In this document: piece by piece, positions 36,862 to 49,774 of the stretch | Numbering within the stretch: position 1 is the first letter of the stretch | Layout of the letters: the number at the start of each line of letters is the position of its first letter | Assembly: GCA_950097015.1 (NCBI GenBank) | Contig: CATNEN010000029.1 | Coordinates: forward strand, 2,418,001 to 2,482,000 | DNA: 64,000 bases | Reading direction: 5' to 3' | Origin: Macrostomum hystrix | Taxonomy: Eukaryota; Animalia; Platyhelminthes | Position numbers and translations under genes: made by a program | The notes under the pieces: model-generated | What the model was told of the DNA's origin: nothing | Seen by the model: the letters and a program-made list of their open reading frames with translations, nothing else | Databases searched by the model: none

Positions 36862-39800
36862 ATGTCCTCGAAGAGATTGTCAAAGCGGCGAGACAGTCGG
36901 CAAATTTACCTGTCCGTGAGAGAGAAGGACTTTAGGTTTCATTCCGACAATGACTTGGTGAGAACTTTAATTCTCTTCATTGCCTTCCATTCTAACAATT
37001 TCAGTGTCTTTCAATTTGACATAATTTTTTCTTACTATAGCCTATATTCTACATCAGGGGTCGGCAAACTTTTTAGCGAGCGGGCCACGGAGAGAACCTA
37101 TAGGACGACAGCGGGCCGTATTAACTGTAGGAATATGAGAAATGGGAGAGATGAGACACAGGATAGATGAGAAATGAGAGAGATGATAAATGGGAGAGAT
37201 GGGACACAGGATAGATGAGAAATGGGAGAGATATGAAATGGGAGAGATGGGACACAGGATAGATGAGAAATGATAGAGATGATAAATGGGAGAGATGGGA
37301 CACAGGATAGATGAGAAATGGGAGAGATGATAAATGGGAGAGATAGGACACAGGATAGATGAGAAATGGGAGAGATATGAAATGGGAGAGATGGGACACA
37401 GGATAGATGAGAAATGAGAGAGATGAGAAATGGGAGAGATGGGACACAGGATAGATGAGAAATGGGAGAGATGATAAATGGGAGAGATGGGACACAGGAT
37501 AGATGAGAAATGGAGAGATGATAATCTCACCCTCATCTCGCCTTAATCTCACCCCATCTCGCCATAATCTCACCCTCATCTCGCCATAATCTCACCCCAT
37601 CTCGACATAATCTCACCCTCATCTCGCCATAATCTCACCCTCATCTCGCCATAATCTCTCCCCCATCTCGACATAATCTCACCCTCATCTCGCCATAATC
37701 TCACCCCATCTCGCCAAAATCTCACCCTCATCTCGCTATAATCTCACCCCCATCTCGACATAATCTCACCCCATCTCGACATAATCTCACCCCATCTCGA
37801 CATAACCTCACCCCATCTCGACATAATCTCAACCTCATCTCGCCATAATCTCACCCCATCTCGACATAATCTCACCCCACCTCGACATTATCTCACCCTC
37901 ATCTCGTCATAATCTCACCCCATCTCGACGTAATCTCACCCTCATCTCGCCATAATCTCACCCCATCTCGCCATAATCTCACCGCATCTCGACATAATCT
38001 CACCCCCATTTCGCCATAATCTCACCCTATCTCGACATAATCTCACCCTATCTCGCCATAATCTCACCCTATGTCGACATAATCTCACCGCATCTCGACA
38101 TAATCTCACCCCCATTTCGGTATAAGATTTTCCCTCATTTCAAAACCGAATCCTCAAATAAACCGAATCCTTTCACTTTAATTTTAAAAAGACTCACTCC
38201 CTTTTTAACCATCGTCTTCCAAAAAAAACGCACCGCAGACAACTTTTGACAAGTGCAAAAACGCAGCTGCAGTAGCGGCAGCCACCGCGGCAGCGTTGTC
38301 GTCGGCCAACTCAGCTGCGACTTCTTCGCCGAAATTTGGTGTCGCTCCCAACATCGAAGATCGAAACGGTTCTGTTGAATTCGGCAGCAGCTGCTCCGTC
38401 CAGACAGCTCCAGTTGACGACTGCGGCAGCGTCCGTGGCGGACGCGAGCGGGCCGAGTCGTTGGAGCTCTCTGTGGGCTGCTCAACGCGATCGAACTCGC
38501 CCCAGAGTGAGTCCAAGCTCATGAGCACACTTGAGCTTGTGAAATGGGAAATTTCGCTCACAAAAAAATTTGCATTTTGGATCAGAAACCCTTGATCATG
38601 TTTCAGCACCCAAGCTGAACTTCCAACACCCAAGCTGAACTTCCAACACCCAAGCTGAACTTCCAACACCCAATTTGAACTCCCAACACCCAATTTGAAC
38701 TTCCAACACCCAATTTGAACTCCCAACACCCAATTTGAACTTCCAACACCCAATTTGAACCACCAACACACAATTTGAACCACCAACACACAATTTGAAC
38801 TTCCAACACCCAATTTGAACCTCCAACACCCAATTTGAACTCCCAACACCCAATTTGAACTTCCAACACCCAATTTGAACTTCCAACACCCAATTTGAAC
38901 CTCCAACACCCAATTTGAACCTCCAACACCCAATTTGAACCACCAACACCCAATTTGAACCACCAACACCCAATTTGAACCACCAACACCCAATTTGAAC
39001 CACCAACACCCAATTTGAACCACCAACACACAATTTGAACTTCCAACACCCAATTTGAACTTCCAACACCAAAGCTGAACCTCCAACACCCAATTTGAAC
39101 TTCTAACACCCAATTTGAACTTCCAACACCAAAGCTGAACTTCCAACACCCAATTTGAACCTCCAACACCCAATTTGAACCTCCAACACCCAATTTGAAC
39201 CTCCAACACCCAATTTGAACTTACAACACCCAATGTTTAGCGATGTTTCGCTAAAATGCTTCAATGCTTCGATGTTTAGCGAATGTGTTGGGTACTCATT
39301 TATGAAAAAAACGATATCAATATGTTAGAGCCTGTAAAAATTGGCGACAAATGCCAGACCAGCACAGAAATTTTGCTGCTTTAGAAAAAAAACAGATCAG
39401 CTAGGCCCTACATAATTGCGCAAAAGCCCTCCTTAATTCTGATACAGCTCAAATTGCGTCTTACCACAGTGCCAGAATATTTTGGTTTAGTTTTTTATTC
39501 CCTCTCCTCTTGCCATCATGTTAACGAAAACAAGCCTTCAGCACGTGTAGTTCTTGATAGTTTGTCACGCATTTCGAGTTGTTGCGTTTTTTATTTTTGA
39601 CACGCGTGTTCTAAGTGGTCTACTTATGCGGGTTCGTCAGTAGAAAAGTGCGCGCATCCGTAACTAAATTAATGCTCGCTTAGTCTCCAGTTCAGGTTCT
39701 AGAATTCTTAGTTTGATGCTAAAAATAGCAACAAAATCTGAATAAATCCAGGTGAGCAGATTTCCTACTTATCCCACTCCCGATCACGAACCCACTGACC

Positions 39801-42800
39801 CGAAAATGCACCGACTTGCTAGGGTGAATACGAGTCTGTCAGAATATTACTCATTTTACTTTTTTATAGGAGTACAAAACCAAGACAGATATGGGATTGT
39901 GTCGTGAGGTGTGAGATTATGTCATGAGTAATGATATTATGCCGAACTGAGGGTGAGAATGTGTGAGATAATCGCACAATTATCGCCGCAATTGCAGTCC
40001 GCCTCAAAGACAGTCCGCTAGTCGGGAGGGATCTGCATCCGAATGGCATTTCAGCCGCCGCCGCCGCCGCTGCTGCTGCCGCATCTGAATCGGCCCAGCA
40101 GCGGCGGAGAAATTCTGGCGGTCCGCTGAGCCTGTTTCTGAGCGGCGGCCGGGGCTCCACGGAGCTGTTGTCGGGTTCGCGCGGCTCCGCCGGCATCAAC
40201 GACGCCTACCTGTCGGTGCACAGCTGCAGCCGGGCAGCCGGGCAGCTGATGAGGCAGCGGCTGTTGGACCCCGCAAAGCGGACGCGACTGCTCGAGCGAT
40301 ACTGTGAGCTCCGGGATCTGCTAGCCGAGTTGCGCGAGCAGAAATCCGCTAAGGAGACCGAGCTGCAGCAGCTGCTGGCAAAGGAGCGGGTGAGCCAGTC
40401 TAGCACTCTCAACTGTCACTCGAATCTAGCACTCTCTATTGTCACCCGAATCTAGCACTCTCTCTATTGTCACCCGAATCTAGCACTCTCTCTATTGTCA
40501 CCCGAATCTAGCACTCTCTCTATTGTCACTCGAATCTAGCACTCTCAACTGTCACTCGAATCTAGCACTCTCTCTATTGTCACCCGAATCTAGCAATCTC
40601 TATTGTCACCCGAATCTAGCACTCTCTCTATTGTCACTCGAATCTAGTACTCTCTCTATTGTCACTCGAATCTAGCACTGTCTCTATTGTCACTCGAATC
40701 TAGCTCTCTCTCTATTGTCACCCGAATCTAGCACTCTCTCTATTGTCACCCGAATCTAGCACTCTCTCTATTGTCACCCGAATCTAGCACTCTCTCTATT
40801 GTCACTCGAATCTAGCACTCTCAACTGTCACTCGAATCTAGCACTCTCTATTGTCACCCGAATCTAGCACTCTCTCTATTGTCACTCGAATCTAGCACTC
40901 TCTCTATTGTCACCCGAATCTAGCACTCTCTCTATTGTCACTCGAATCTAGCAATCTCAACTGTCACTCGAATCTAGCACTCTCTCTATTGTCACCCGAA
41001 TCTAGCACTGTCTCTATTGTCACTCGAATCTAGCACTCTCTCTATTGTCACCCGAATCTAGCACTGTCTCTATTGTCACCCGAATCTAGCACTGTCTCTA
41101 TTGTCACCCGAATCTAGCACTCTCTCTATTGTCACTCGAATCTAGCACTCTCTCTATTGTCACCCGAATCTAGCACTGTCTCTATTGTCACCCGAATCTA
41201 GCACTCTCTCTATTGTCACCCGAATCTAGCACTCTCTCTATTGTCACCCGAATCTAGCACTCTCTCTATTGTCACCCGAATCTAGCAATCTCTATTGTCA
41301 CCCGAATCTAGCACTCTCTCTATTGTCACCCGAATCTAGCACTCTCTCTATTGTCACCCGAATCTAGCAATCTCTATTGTCACCCGAATCTAGCACTCTC
41401 TCTATTGTCACTCGAATCTAGCACTGTCTCTATTGTCACTCGAATCTAGCTCTCTCTCTATTGTCACCCGAATCTAGCACTCTCTCTATTGTCACCCGAA
41501 TCTAGCACTCTCTCTATTGTCACCCGAATCTAGCACTCTCTCTATTGTCACTCGAATCTAGCACTCTCAACTGTCACTCGAATCTAGCACTCTCTATTGT
41601 CACCCGAATCTAGCACTCTCTCTATTGTCACTCGAATCTAGCACTCTCTCTATTGTCACCCGAATCTAGCACTCTCTCTATTGTCACTCGAATCTAGCAA
41701 TCTCAACTGTCACTCGAATCTAGCACTCTCTCTATTGTCACCCGAATCTAGCACTGTCTCTATTGTCACTCGAATCTAGCACTCTCTCTATTGTCACCCG
41801 AATCTAGCACTGTCTCTATTGTCACCCGAATCTAGCACTGTCTCTATTGTCACCCGAATCTAGCACTCTCTCTATTGTCACTCGAATCTAGCACTCTCTC
41901 TATTGTCACCCGAATCTAGCACTGTCTCTATTGTCACCCGAATCTAGCACTCTCTCTATTGTCACCCGAATCTAGCACTCTCTCTATTGTCACCCGAATC
42001 TAGCACTCTCTCTATTGTCACTCGAATCTAGCACTCTCAACTGTCACTCGAATCTAGCACTCTCTCTATTGTCACTCGAATCTAGTACTCTCTCTATTGT
42101 CACTCGAATCTAGCACTGTCTCTATTGTCACTCGAATCTAGCTCTCTCTCTATTGTCACCCGAATCTAGCACTCTCTCTATTGTCACCCGAATCTAGCAC
42201 TCTCTCTATTGTCACCCGAATCTAGCACTCTCTCTATTGTCACTCGAATCTAGCACTCTCAACTGTCACTCGAATCTAGCACTCTCTATTGTCACCCGAA
42301 TCTAGCACTCTCTCTATTGTCACTCGAATCTAGCACTCTCTCTATTGTCACCCGAATCTAGCACTCTCTCTATTGTCACTCGAATCTAGCAATCTCAACT
42401 GTCACTCGAATCTAGCACTCTCTCTATTGTCACCCGAATCTAGCACTGTCTCTATTGTCACTCGAATCTAGCACTCTCTCTATTGTCACCCGAATCTAGC
42501 ACTGTCTCTATTGTCACCCGAATCTAGCACTGTCTCTATTGTCACCCGAATCTAGCACTCTCTCTATTGTCACTCGAATCTAGCACTCTCTCTATTGTCA
42601 CCCGAATCTAGCACTGTCTCTATTGTCACCCGAATCTAGCACTGTCTCTATTGTCACCCGAATCTAGCACTCTCTCTATTGTCACTCGAATCTAGCACTC
42701 TCAACTGTCACTCGAATCTAGCACTCTCTATTGTCACCCGAATCTAGCACTCTCTCTATTGTCACTCGAATCTAGCACTCTCTCTATTGTCACCCGAATC

Positions 42801-44295
42801 TAGCACTCTCTCTATTGTCACTCGAATCTAGCAATCTCAACTGTCACTCGAATCTAGCACTCTCTCTATTGTCACCCGAATCTAGCAATCTCTATTGTCA
42901 CCCGAATCTAGCACTCTCTCTATTGTCACTCGAATCTAGTACTCTCTCTATTGTCACTCGAATCTAGCACTCTCTCTATTGTCACTCGAATCTAGCACTC
43001 TCTCTATTGTCACTCGAATCTAGCACTCTCTCTATTGTCACTCGAATCTAGCACTGTCTGTCTAGCACCCGTGATTCAGTCATTTGTGCAGTGCTAATGC
43101 CATATGCGTAGTCAGGCACGCATATTTTTGTTCGAGGTTAAGGCCGGAGTGGCGAGTCAAATTCAATTGTGAATTAGCCCCCTCCACGGCAGCAATTGCG
43201 CATCGCATACTTCGACCTTAAGGAGTATCCTAAATCGTACTAAAAGATTGTCCCGATCTTCTTTTCCCCACTGCAATATTATTATCAAGATTTAACCCCT
43301 GGAGTATTATGAAGCTTTGAGTACAATTTGTTAATCGCTAACCTATCACACCCTATATGTACAGCCAGAAAGAAAGAACACTCACCTTCTTTCTTCTGTT
43401 TCTCGTGTCCTGTGCGTGGGGTCCGAAAGCGCTGTAGAGCCAGGTGACTCAGACCTACAGTAACCCCAACCACCCACCCCCAACACTAAAATTCCGAACA
43501 AGCAAAAAAACCCATTCAGTTGTGTCCTACAACCGCTTAAATTTAGGAAAGGAGAGAGGACAGACAGAGAGAGAGGACAGGAGATAGCAAAGAGCAATGG
43601 AATGGCTTGAATGTGTTGTATGAGGGGAGAGATGAGAGCGACTAGCCGCACACCCTCCCCACTCCACACCAGTCCCCCATAGACTACACCGTGAAACTCT
43701 TCTCTCCGTCTTCCCTTCACCCCTCTGATTAGAGCGTTCCCGCGATGACTCACCCGGCGGCCCGCCAGCCCCAGCCCCCTCCGTAGCTTGGTCTGAAGCA
43801 GCATTTAATCAAGAGCTCCTTTCCTCTGTACTGATTATCTTTCTTCTTATTTTGCTAAATCTGATAAAACTTTGTAATTCAGCAATTAAACGCTAGATTC
43901 TGTCTTCCTTATAAATTCTTCGACAAAAGAATTGATTAATTATTAGAAGCTTTTTAATTGTGACTGTCGTCGCCAGTTTTAACAAAATTGAGCCATGCTT
44001 GACCCGCCGGAGGTGACCCCGTATGACCTGCGCTGCGCTAGTATTAAGGTCAACTGCTGGCTTAAGGTGAGATGTGATCAAGGACTGCTGCTTAAGGTGT
44101 CTATGTATCTGGTATCTCATTGTTTTTCGAATTCAACAGTCCATCTTCTTAATAATTTTATGGCTCCTTAAGCCTATCGTAAGTAAGCAGGTTTTAATTC
44201 TTTTCATTTTGTGTTTATTTCTTTTCAAACAGGAGCTATCAGGCAAACCTCAGCAGCAGCAGCCTCAGAATTCTCAATTTCAAAAGCCTCATCAT

Positions 44296-44329
<34 letters not shown>

Positions 44330-47300
44330 TGCGAGATCGGCGCTTAGCTGGCAGCCGCTCTGGCATCCTGGGCAGCAACATCTGCCTGCCAACGCAGTTC
44401 CTTGTCGCTGTCGACACCGAAGCTGTAGCCAGGTGTGCCGGAGGCGACACAGATGTCGACTCCGTTATGTCATTTGAGGTTTGTGATCTGTGAATATAGC
44501 TCGTAATATGACATAATGATTCAAATATCATAACTCATACCTGTATCTAGTACACCTGTGCAATATCCTACCTGTATCTAGTACACCTGTGCAATATCCT
44601 ACCTTGTATCTAGTACACCTGTGCAATATCCTTACCTGTATCTAGTACACCTGTGCAATATCCTACCTTGTATCTAGTACACCTGTGCAATATCCTACCT
44701 GTATCTAGTACACCTGTGCAATATCCTACCTGTATCTAGTACACCTGTGCAATATCCTACCTTGTATCTAGTACACCTGTGCAATATCCTTCCTGTATCT
44801 AGTACACCTGTGCAATATCCTACCTTGTATCTAGTACACCTGTGCAATATCCTACCTGTATCTAGTACACCTGTGCAATATCCTACCTTGTATCTAGTAC
44901 ACCTGTGCAATATCCTTCCTGTATCTAGTACACCTGTGCAATATCCTACCTTGTATCTAGTACACCTGTGCAATATCCTACCTGTATCTAGTACACCTGT
45001 GCAATATCCTACCTTGTATCTAGTACACCTGTGCAATATCCTACCTGTATCTAGTACACCTGTGCAATATCCTACCTTGTATCTAGTACACCTGTGCAAT
45101 ATCCTTCCTGTATCTAGTACACCTGTGCAATATCCTACCTTGTATCTAGTACACCTGTGCAATATCCTACCTGTATCTAGTACACCTGTGCAATATCCTA
45201 CCTTGTATCTAGTACACCTGTGCAATATCCTTCCTGTATCTAGTACACCTGTGCAATATCCTACCTTGTATCTAGTACACCTGTGCAATATCCTACCTGT
45301 ATCTAGTACACCTGTGCAATATCCTACCTTGTATCTAGTACACCTGTGCAATATCCTACCTGTATCTAGTACACCTGTGCAATATCCTACCTGTATCTAG
45401 TACACCTGTGCAATATCCTACCTGTATCTAGTACACCTGTGCAATATCCTACCTTGTATCTAGTACACCTGTGCAATATCCTACCTTGTATCTAGTACAC
45501 CTGTGCAATATCCTTCCTGTATATAGTACACCTGTGCAATATCCTTCCTGTATCTAGTACACCTGTGCAATATCCTACCTTGTATCTAGTACACCTGTGC
45601 AATATCCTTCCTGTATCTAGTACACCTGTGCAATATCCTACCTTGTATCTAGTACACCTGTGCAATATCCTTCCTGTATCTAGTACACCTGTGCAATATC
45701 CTACCTTGTATCTAGTACACCTGTGCAATATCCTTCCTGTATATAGTACACCTGTGCAATATCCTTCCTGTATCTAGTACACCTGTGCAATATCCTACCT
45801 TGTATCTAGTACACCTGTGCAATATCCTTCCTGTATCTAGTACACCTGTGCAATATCCTACCTTGTATCTAGTACACCTGTGCAATATCCTTCCTGTATC
45901 TAGTACACCTGTGCAATATCCTACCTTGTATCTAGTACACCTGTGCAATATCCTTCCTGTATCTAGTACACCTGTGCAATATCCTACCTTGTATCTAGTA
46001 CACCTGTGCAATATCCTTCCTGTATCTAGTACACCTGTGCAATATCCTACCTTGTATCTAGTACACCTGTGCAATATCCTACCTGTATCTAGTACACCTG
46101 TGCCATATCCTACCTTGTATCTAGTACACCTGTGCAATATCCTTCCTGTATCTAGTACACCTGTGCAATATCCTACCTTGTATCTAGTACACCTGTGCAA
46201 TATCCTACCTGTATCTAGTACACCTGTGCAATATCCTACCTGTATCTAGTACACCTGTGCCATATCCTACCTGTATCTAGTACACCTGTGCCATATCCTA
46301 CCTGTATCTAGTACGCCTGTGCAATATCCTACCTGTATCTAGTACACCTGTGCAATATCCTACCTGTATCTAGTACACCTGTGCAATATCCTACCTGTAT
46401 CTAGTACAGCATAGTTGAGATGCTCGCACAGTCTAAGCTATGCCGCATCGCCAAACTTTCAGCTCGAGTCGGTAAAGCAAGAAATCGCGGTACAGAAGGC
46501 CATGGTGGACGCACATGTCAAGCTGTTACGCGAGGCCAAGGAGCTTCACCTGCCGAGGCATGTCAAAAAGAAACGCGCTGCCGATTATCAATCAGGATTG
46601 GAGAAGGTGCGCTGATTTTTCATATTTTCTACTGGCTACTAACACTAGTACTCAGTAGGCTGGCGAGGTTACTTGCATTTAAATTTAGTCCATTTGATAA
46701 ATCCACAACTGAATATATCGAACCCGCAGCTTTCCCAGCTAAATCTGAAGGCTCGCACCATACGGGAGCAGATGCCCTACGCTGATTGGCTCGATGAAGA
46801 CACCATATCACAATCGTCCAGCTTCGCCTACTTGCACGGATTCAATGGCGGCGTCGGCGCTGTCAGTAGGAGCGGTGGTGGCGACAACATTTCAGTCACT
46901 GGGTCAGTGTCCTCGGCCTACCACAGTAGCAGTCCTAGGAATACTTCCTCAGCTGATTATTGCTCTGAGTCGGTGAGTGTACCGGTGCTGCCACAATAGA
47001 TGAACATTTGTTTGTCCTTTGGCAGAATGCGCAATAGAATGCTGATCGATTTCACTTTGCAGCTTCTTTCCGGTCAGCTGTATGACGCTCGCAGTCTGGT
47101 GTCCGACCTCAGCCGCGAGTCCTCTGTGCGCTCGGCTGCTTCCGCTAATCCGCCGTAAGTGCTGGAAGCATTACAAACATCCACCTCACACCCGGCAGCC
47201 TACACCCACCTCACACCCGGCAGCCTAGACCCACCTCACACCCGACAGCCTACACCCACCTCACACCTGGTAGCCTAGACCCACCTTACACCCGGCAGCC

Positions 47301-48692
47301 TAGACCCACCTCACACCCGACAGCCTACACCCACCTCACACCTGGTAGCCTAGACCCACCTTACACCCGGCAGCCTACACTCGCCTCACATCCAGCAGCC
47401 TACACCCACCTCACACCCGGCAGCCTAGACCCACCTCACACCCGACAGCCTAGACCCACCTCACACCTGGTAGCCTAGACCCACCTTACACCCGGCAGCC
47501 TAGACCCACCTCACACCCGACAGCCTACACCCACCTCACACCTGGTAGCCTAGACCCACCTTACACCCGGCAGCCTACACCCGCCTCACATCCGGCAGCC
47601 TACACCCACCTCCATCCGGCAGCCTAGACCCACCTCACACCCGACAGCCTACACCCCCCTCACATCCGGCAGCCTAGACCCACCTCACACCCGGCAGCCT
47701 ACACCCACCTCACACCTGGTAGCCTAGACCCACCTTACACCCGTCAGCCTACACCCGCCTCACATCCGGCAGCCTAGACCCACCTCACACCCGGCAGCCT
47801 ACACCCACCTCACACCTGGTAGCCTAGACCCACCTTACACCCGGCAGCCTACACCCGCATCACACCCGGCAGCCTACACCCACCTCACACCTGGTAGCCT
47901 AGACCCACCTCACACCCGGCAGCCTACACCCACCTCACACCCGGCAGCCAAGACCCACCTCACACCCAGCAGCCTAGACCCGCCTCACACCCGCAAGCCT
48001 ACACCCGCCTCACACCCACCAGCCTGCATCCATTTCACACCCGGCAGCCTACACCCACCTCACACCTGGCAGGTAATACCCTCACCTTCCTCCAACCCTG
48101 ACACAAACCAGTCATTACATGGCCAAATAAAGCATTCCGTCTCACTTTTCGCAGGAGCATGAGCAGCTGCATCCTTGGCAGCAGCCAGTCGGCCAACCAG
48201 CATCCCAATCAGCCCCATCAGCAGCAGCCGCAGCCGCCTTCAATAGTGCCACGCCGGTCGAATCTCGGGCCGAACGCTCGGGCCGGCTCAAAATGGCGCC
48301 GCTCTAATTCCATGGGCAACCTTCTGGCTGACGCTGACAACGACGCTCCTGCAGCCGCGGCTAACCAACGACATCATTATCAACAGCAGCAGCAACAATA
48401 TCAGCAGCAGCAAAAGCAGCAACAGCAGCAGCAGCGTCGTCTGCCCAGCATTCCAGCGGTGACGCCCGTCAATACCAGCTTCCCGACTCCGGCGCCGTCG
48501 CAGGCGCTCACGGCCTACAGACGCGGCTCGAACGCCAGCGTCAGCTCGGGGACTTCGAGTGCCCTGTCAGCCAGTCAGCAGTCGCCCTACTGGTACACAC
48601 CGCGCTCCAGACTGGAGCCAGTGCCTTCGCCACCCGCCAGCTCGGCAGCGCCGCTTCAAAGGCGTCACTTAAAGCAGCACAGCGACCTCTGA
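36862..48692 (+). CDS. CUPID-domain coiled-coil protein (FRMD4/CCDC120/INAVA-like), low-complexity C-terminus
   Basis: Exons: 36862(or 36848)-36915 and 38239-38506 (both tentative), then 39998-40389, 44233-44478, 46463-46606, 46730-46972, 47063-47154, 48155-48692. Spliced 'LRDLLAELREQKSAKETELQQLLAKER|ELSGKP' resembles FRMD4 'LKKLCLREAELTGKLP'. 'LESVKQEIAVQKAMVDAHVKLLREAKELHLPRHVKKKRAADYQSGLEK|LSQLN' resembles 'LEREFAIQSQITEAARRLASDPNVSKKLKKQRKTSYLNALKKLQEIE'. Gene existence is solid; family call and 5' end are less certain. Confidence 0.7.
37055..37125 (+). mobile_element. hAT (Charlie-type) DNA transposon/MITE left terminus
   Basis: 'caggggtcggcaaactttttagcgagcgggccac...gcgggccgta' matches the characteristic CAGGGGTCGGCAAACT terminus and subterminal GCGGGCC motifs of hAT-Charlie elements (e.g. 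MER58-like). No matching right end was found. Confidence 0.55.
37135..37520. repeat. ~48-bp purine-rich minisatellite
   Basis: Unit approx 'gatgggacacaggatagatgagaaatgggagagatgataaatgggaga'. Confidence 0.93.
37520..38118. repeat. ~21-bp pyrimidine-rich minisatellite
   Basis: Unit approx 'cataatctcaccccatctcg(a/c)'. Confidence 0.93.
38605..39236. repeat. 20-bp minisatellite (intron)
   Basis: Unit 'aacacccaatttgaac(t/c)(t/a)cc'; it explains ORFs 38205, 38596 and 38603. Confidence 0.96.
40397..43065. repeat. 28-bp minisatellite, ~2.7 kb, intron of CUPID gene
   Basis: Unit 'gaatctagcactctctctattgtcaccc', about 95 copies, starting about 7 nt after the donor at 40390. Confidence 0.98.
44535..46410. 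repeat. 31/32-bp (63-bp dimer) minisatellite, intron of CUPID gene
   Basis: Unit 'cctacct(t)gtatctagtacacctgtgcaatat'; the alternating monomers give the 21-aa pseudo-ORFs. Confidence 0.98.
47180..48070. repeat. 25-bp minisatellite, last intron of CUPID gene
   Basis: Unit 'cacccggcagcctacacccacctca'. Confidence 0.96.
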
Positions 48693-49774
48693 ATGCAGTT
48701 CTGCTGAAGCTGTTTCTAGGAAACGAATTGCATTGCTTGAATGCAACAAAAGGCTCACTAGATTTTCGCTTATTTTAGTCCAATTAGGCTAGAAAAGTGA
48801 ATATTAAGTGACTTTCTGTTTTTTTTACTTCCCATAAGTACAAGTAGGAATTCCCATCGCTTCTTCTCAAATAGTCAAATGCATTCTACGATTAAAATTA
48901 TGGAATTTATGTTTGTCATGCAAAAACCTTTGTGGAATTACAACTCAAACTTTGATGAATTCATGATGTAATTCATTTGATACAATGTTAAGTTTCTGCA
49001 AAACATTATGCAACAATCACAGTCGCTGTAGTTTTAAGTTTGCATTCCAACCATGCTTTAATCGCTTGAAGTGTGTAAAGATCTAATTTTCTTTCTCACA
49101 ACTAAATTCACATCCTATCCGACTTACGAGTATATAGTTTTTTTTCTATTTTCGTGTGCATTTCCTGTTGCTAACTGGGTCCTGTTCGGTTACTGGTACC
49201 CACGCTACGTTCAATCTATTAAATTCATAGACCAAATTTACCATTGCTATTATTATTACTATCTATTATTTGCCCCATGTAATTCAATCAGCTAAGTCCT
49301 ATTTTCAGTTCAAACGATAAATCAAGTTCAAATTTTAATATAGATTTTTCCAATCAAGATTGTTATCTGGTAGAATTTATTTTTTTTTCGTGTGATTTTG
49401 ATCAAAGTTCACGTTTGCTGATTTTGCTATTGGCTGTGGAACAAGTGGCCGATCATCTAATAAATACATGCGTGTATTCATAGTTTTTCACACTTGTCTG
49501 ATAAACGAAAAATGTGTAAATTAGAAATAAAAAAAGCTATTAAATTGCCTTCGCTATATTTGTGGCCAATCTATGGCCAAGACTGACTGTACGCAGAAAG
49601 GGCTAGCGATTAATAGAAGCTTGGCTAGACAAATTCACTGCCAAATTGATTCTACTTATTGTCTAAAATTTGAGCTAGCTCATTCTAGGCTAGTATTGCA
49701 ACAGTCTCCATCTATCTGTTAGTTATAGTGCAGCTCATTCTGGAGCACCGTTCGCCCTTTTGGAGCGAAGCGTA

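Noticed and set aside
40397-43065. Possible CRISPR array (28-bp repeats)
   Set aside because: Repeats are head-to-tail with no unique spacers, there are no cas genes, and the array sits in a eukaryotic intron.
44695-46249. Several 150-218-aa ORFs on both strands
   Set aside because: Products of the 63-bp dimer array.
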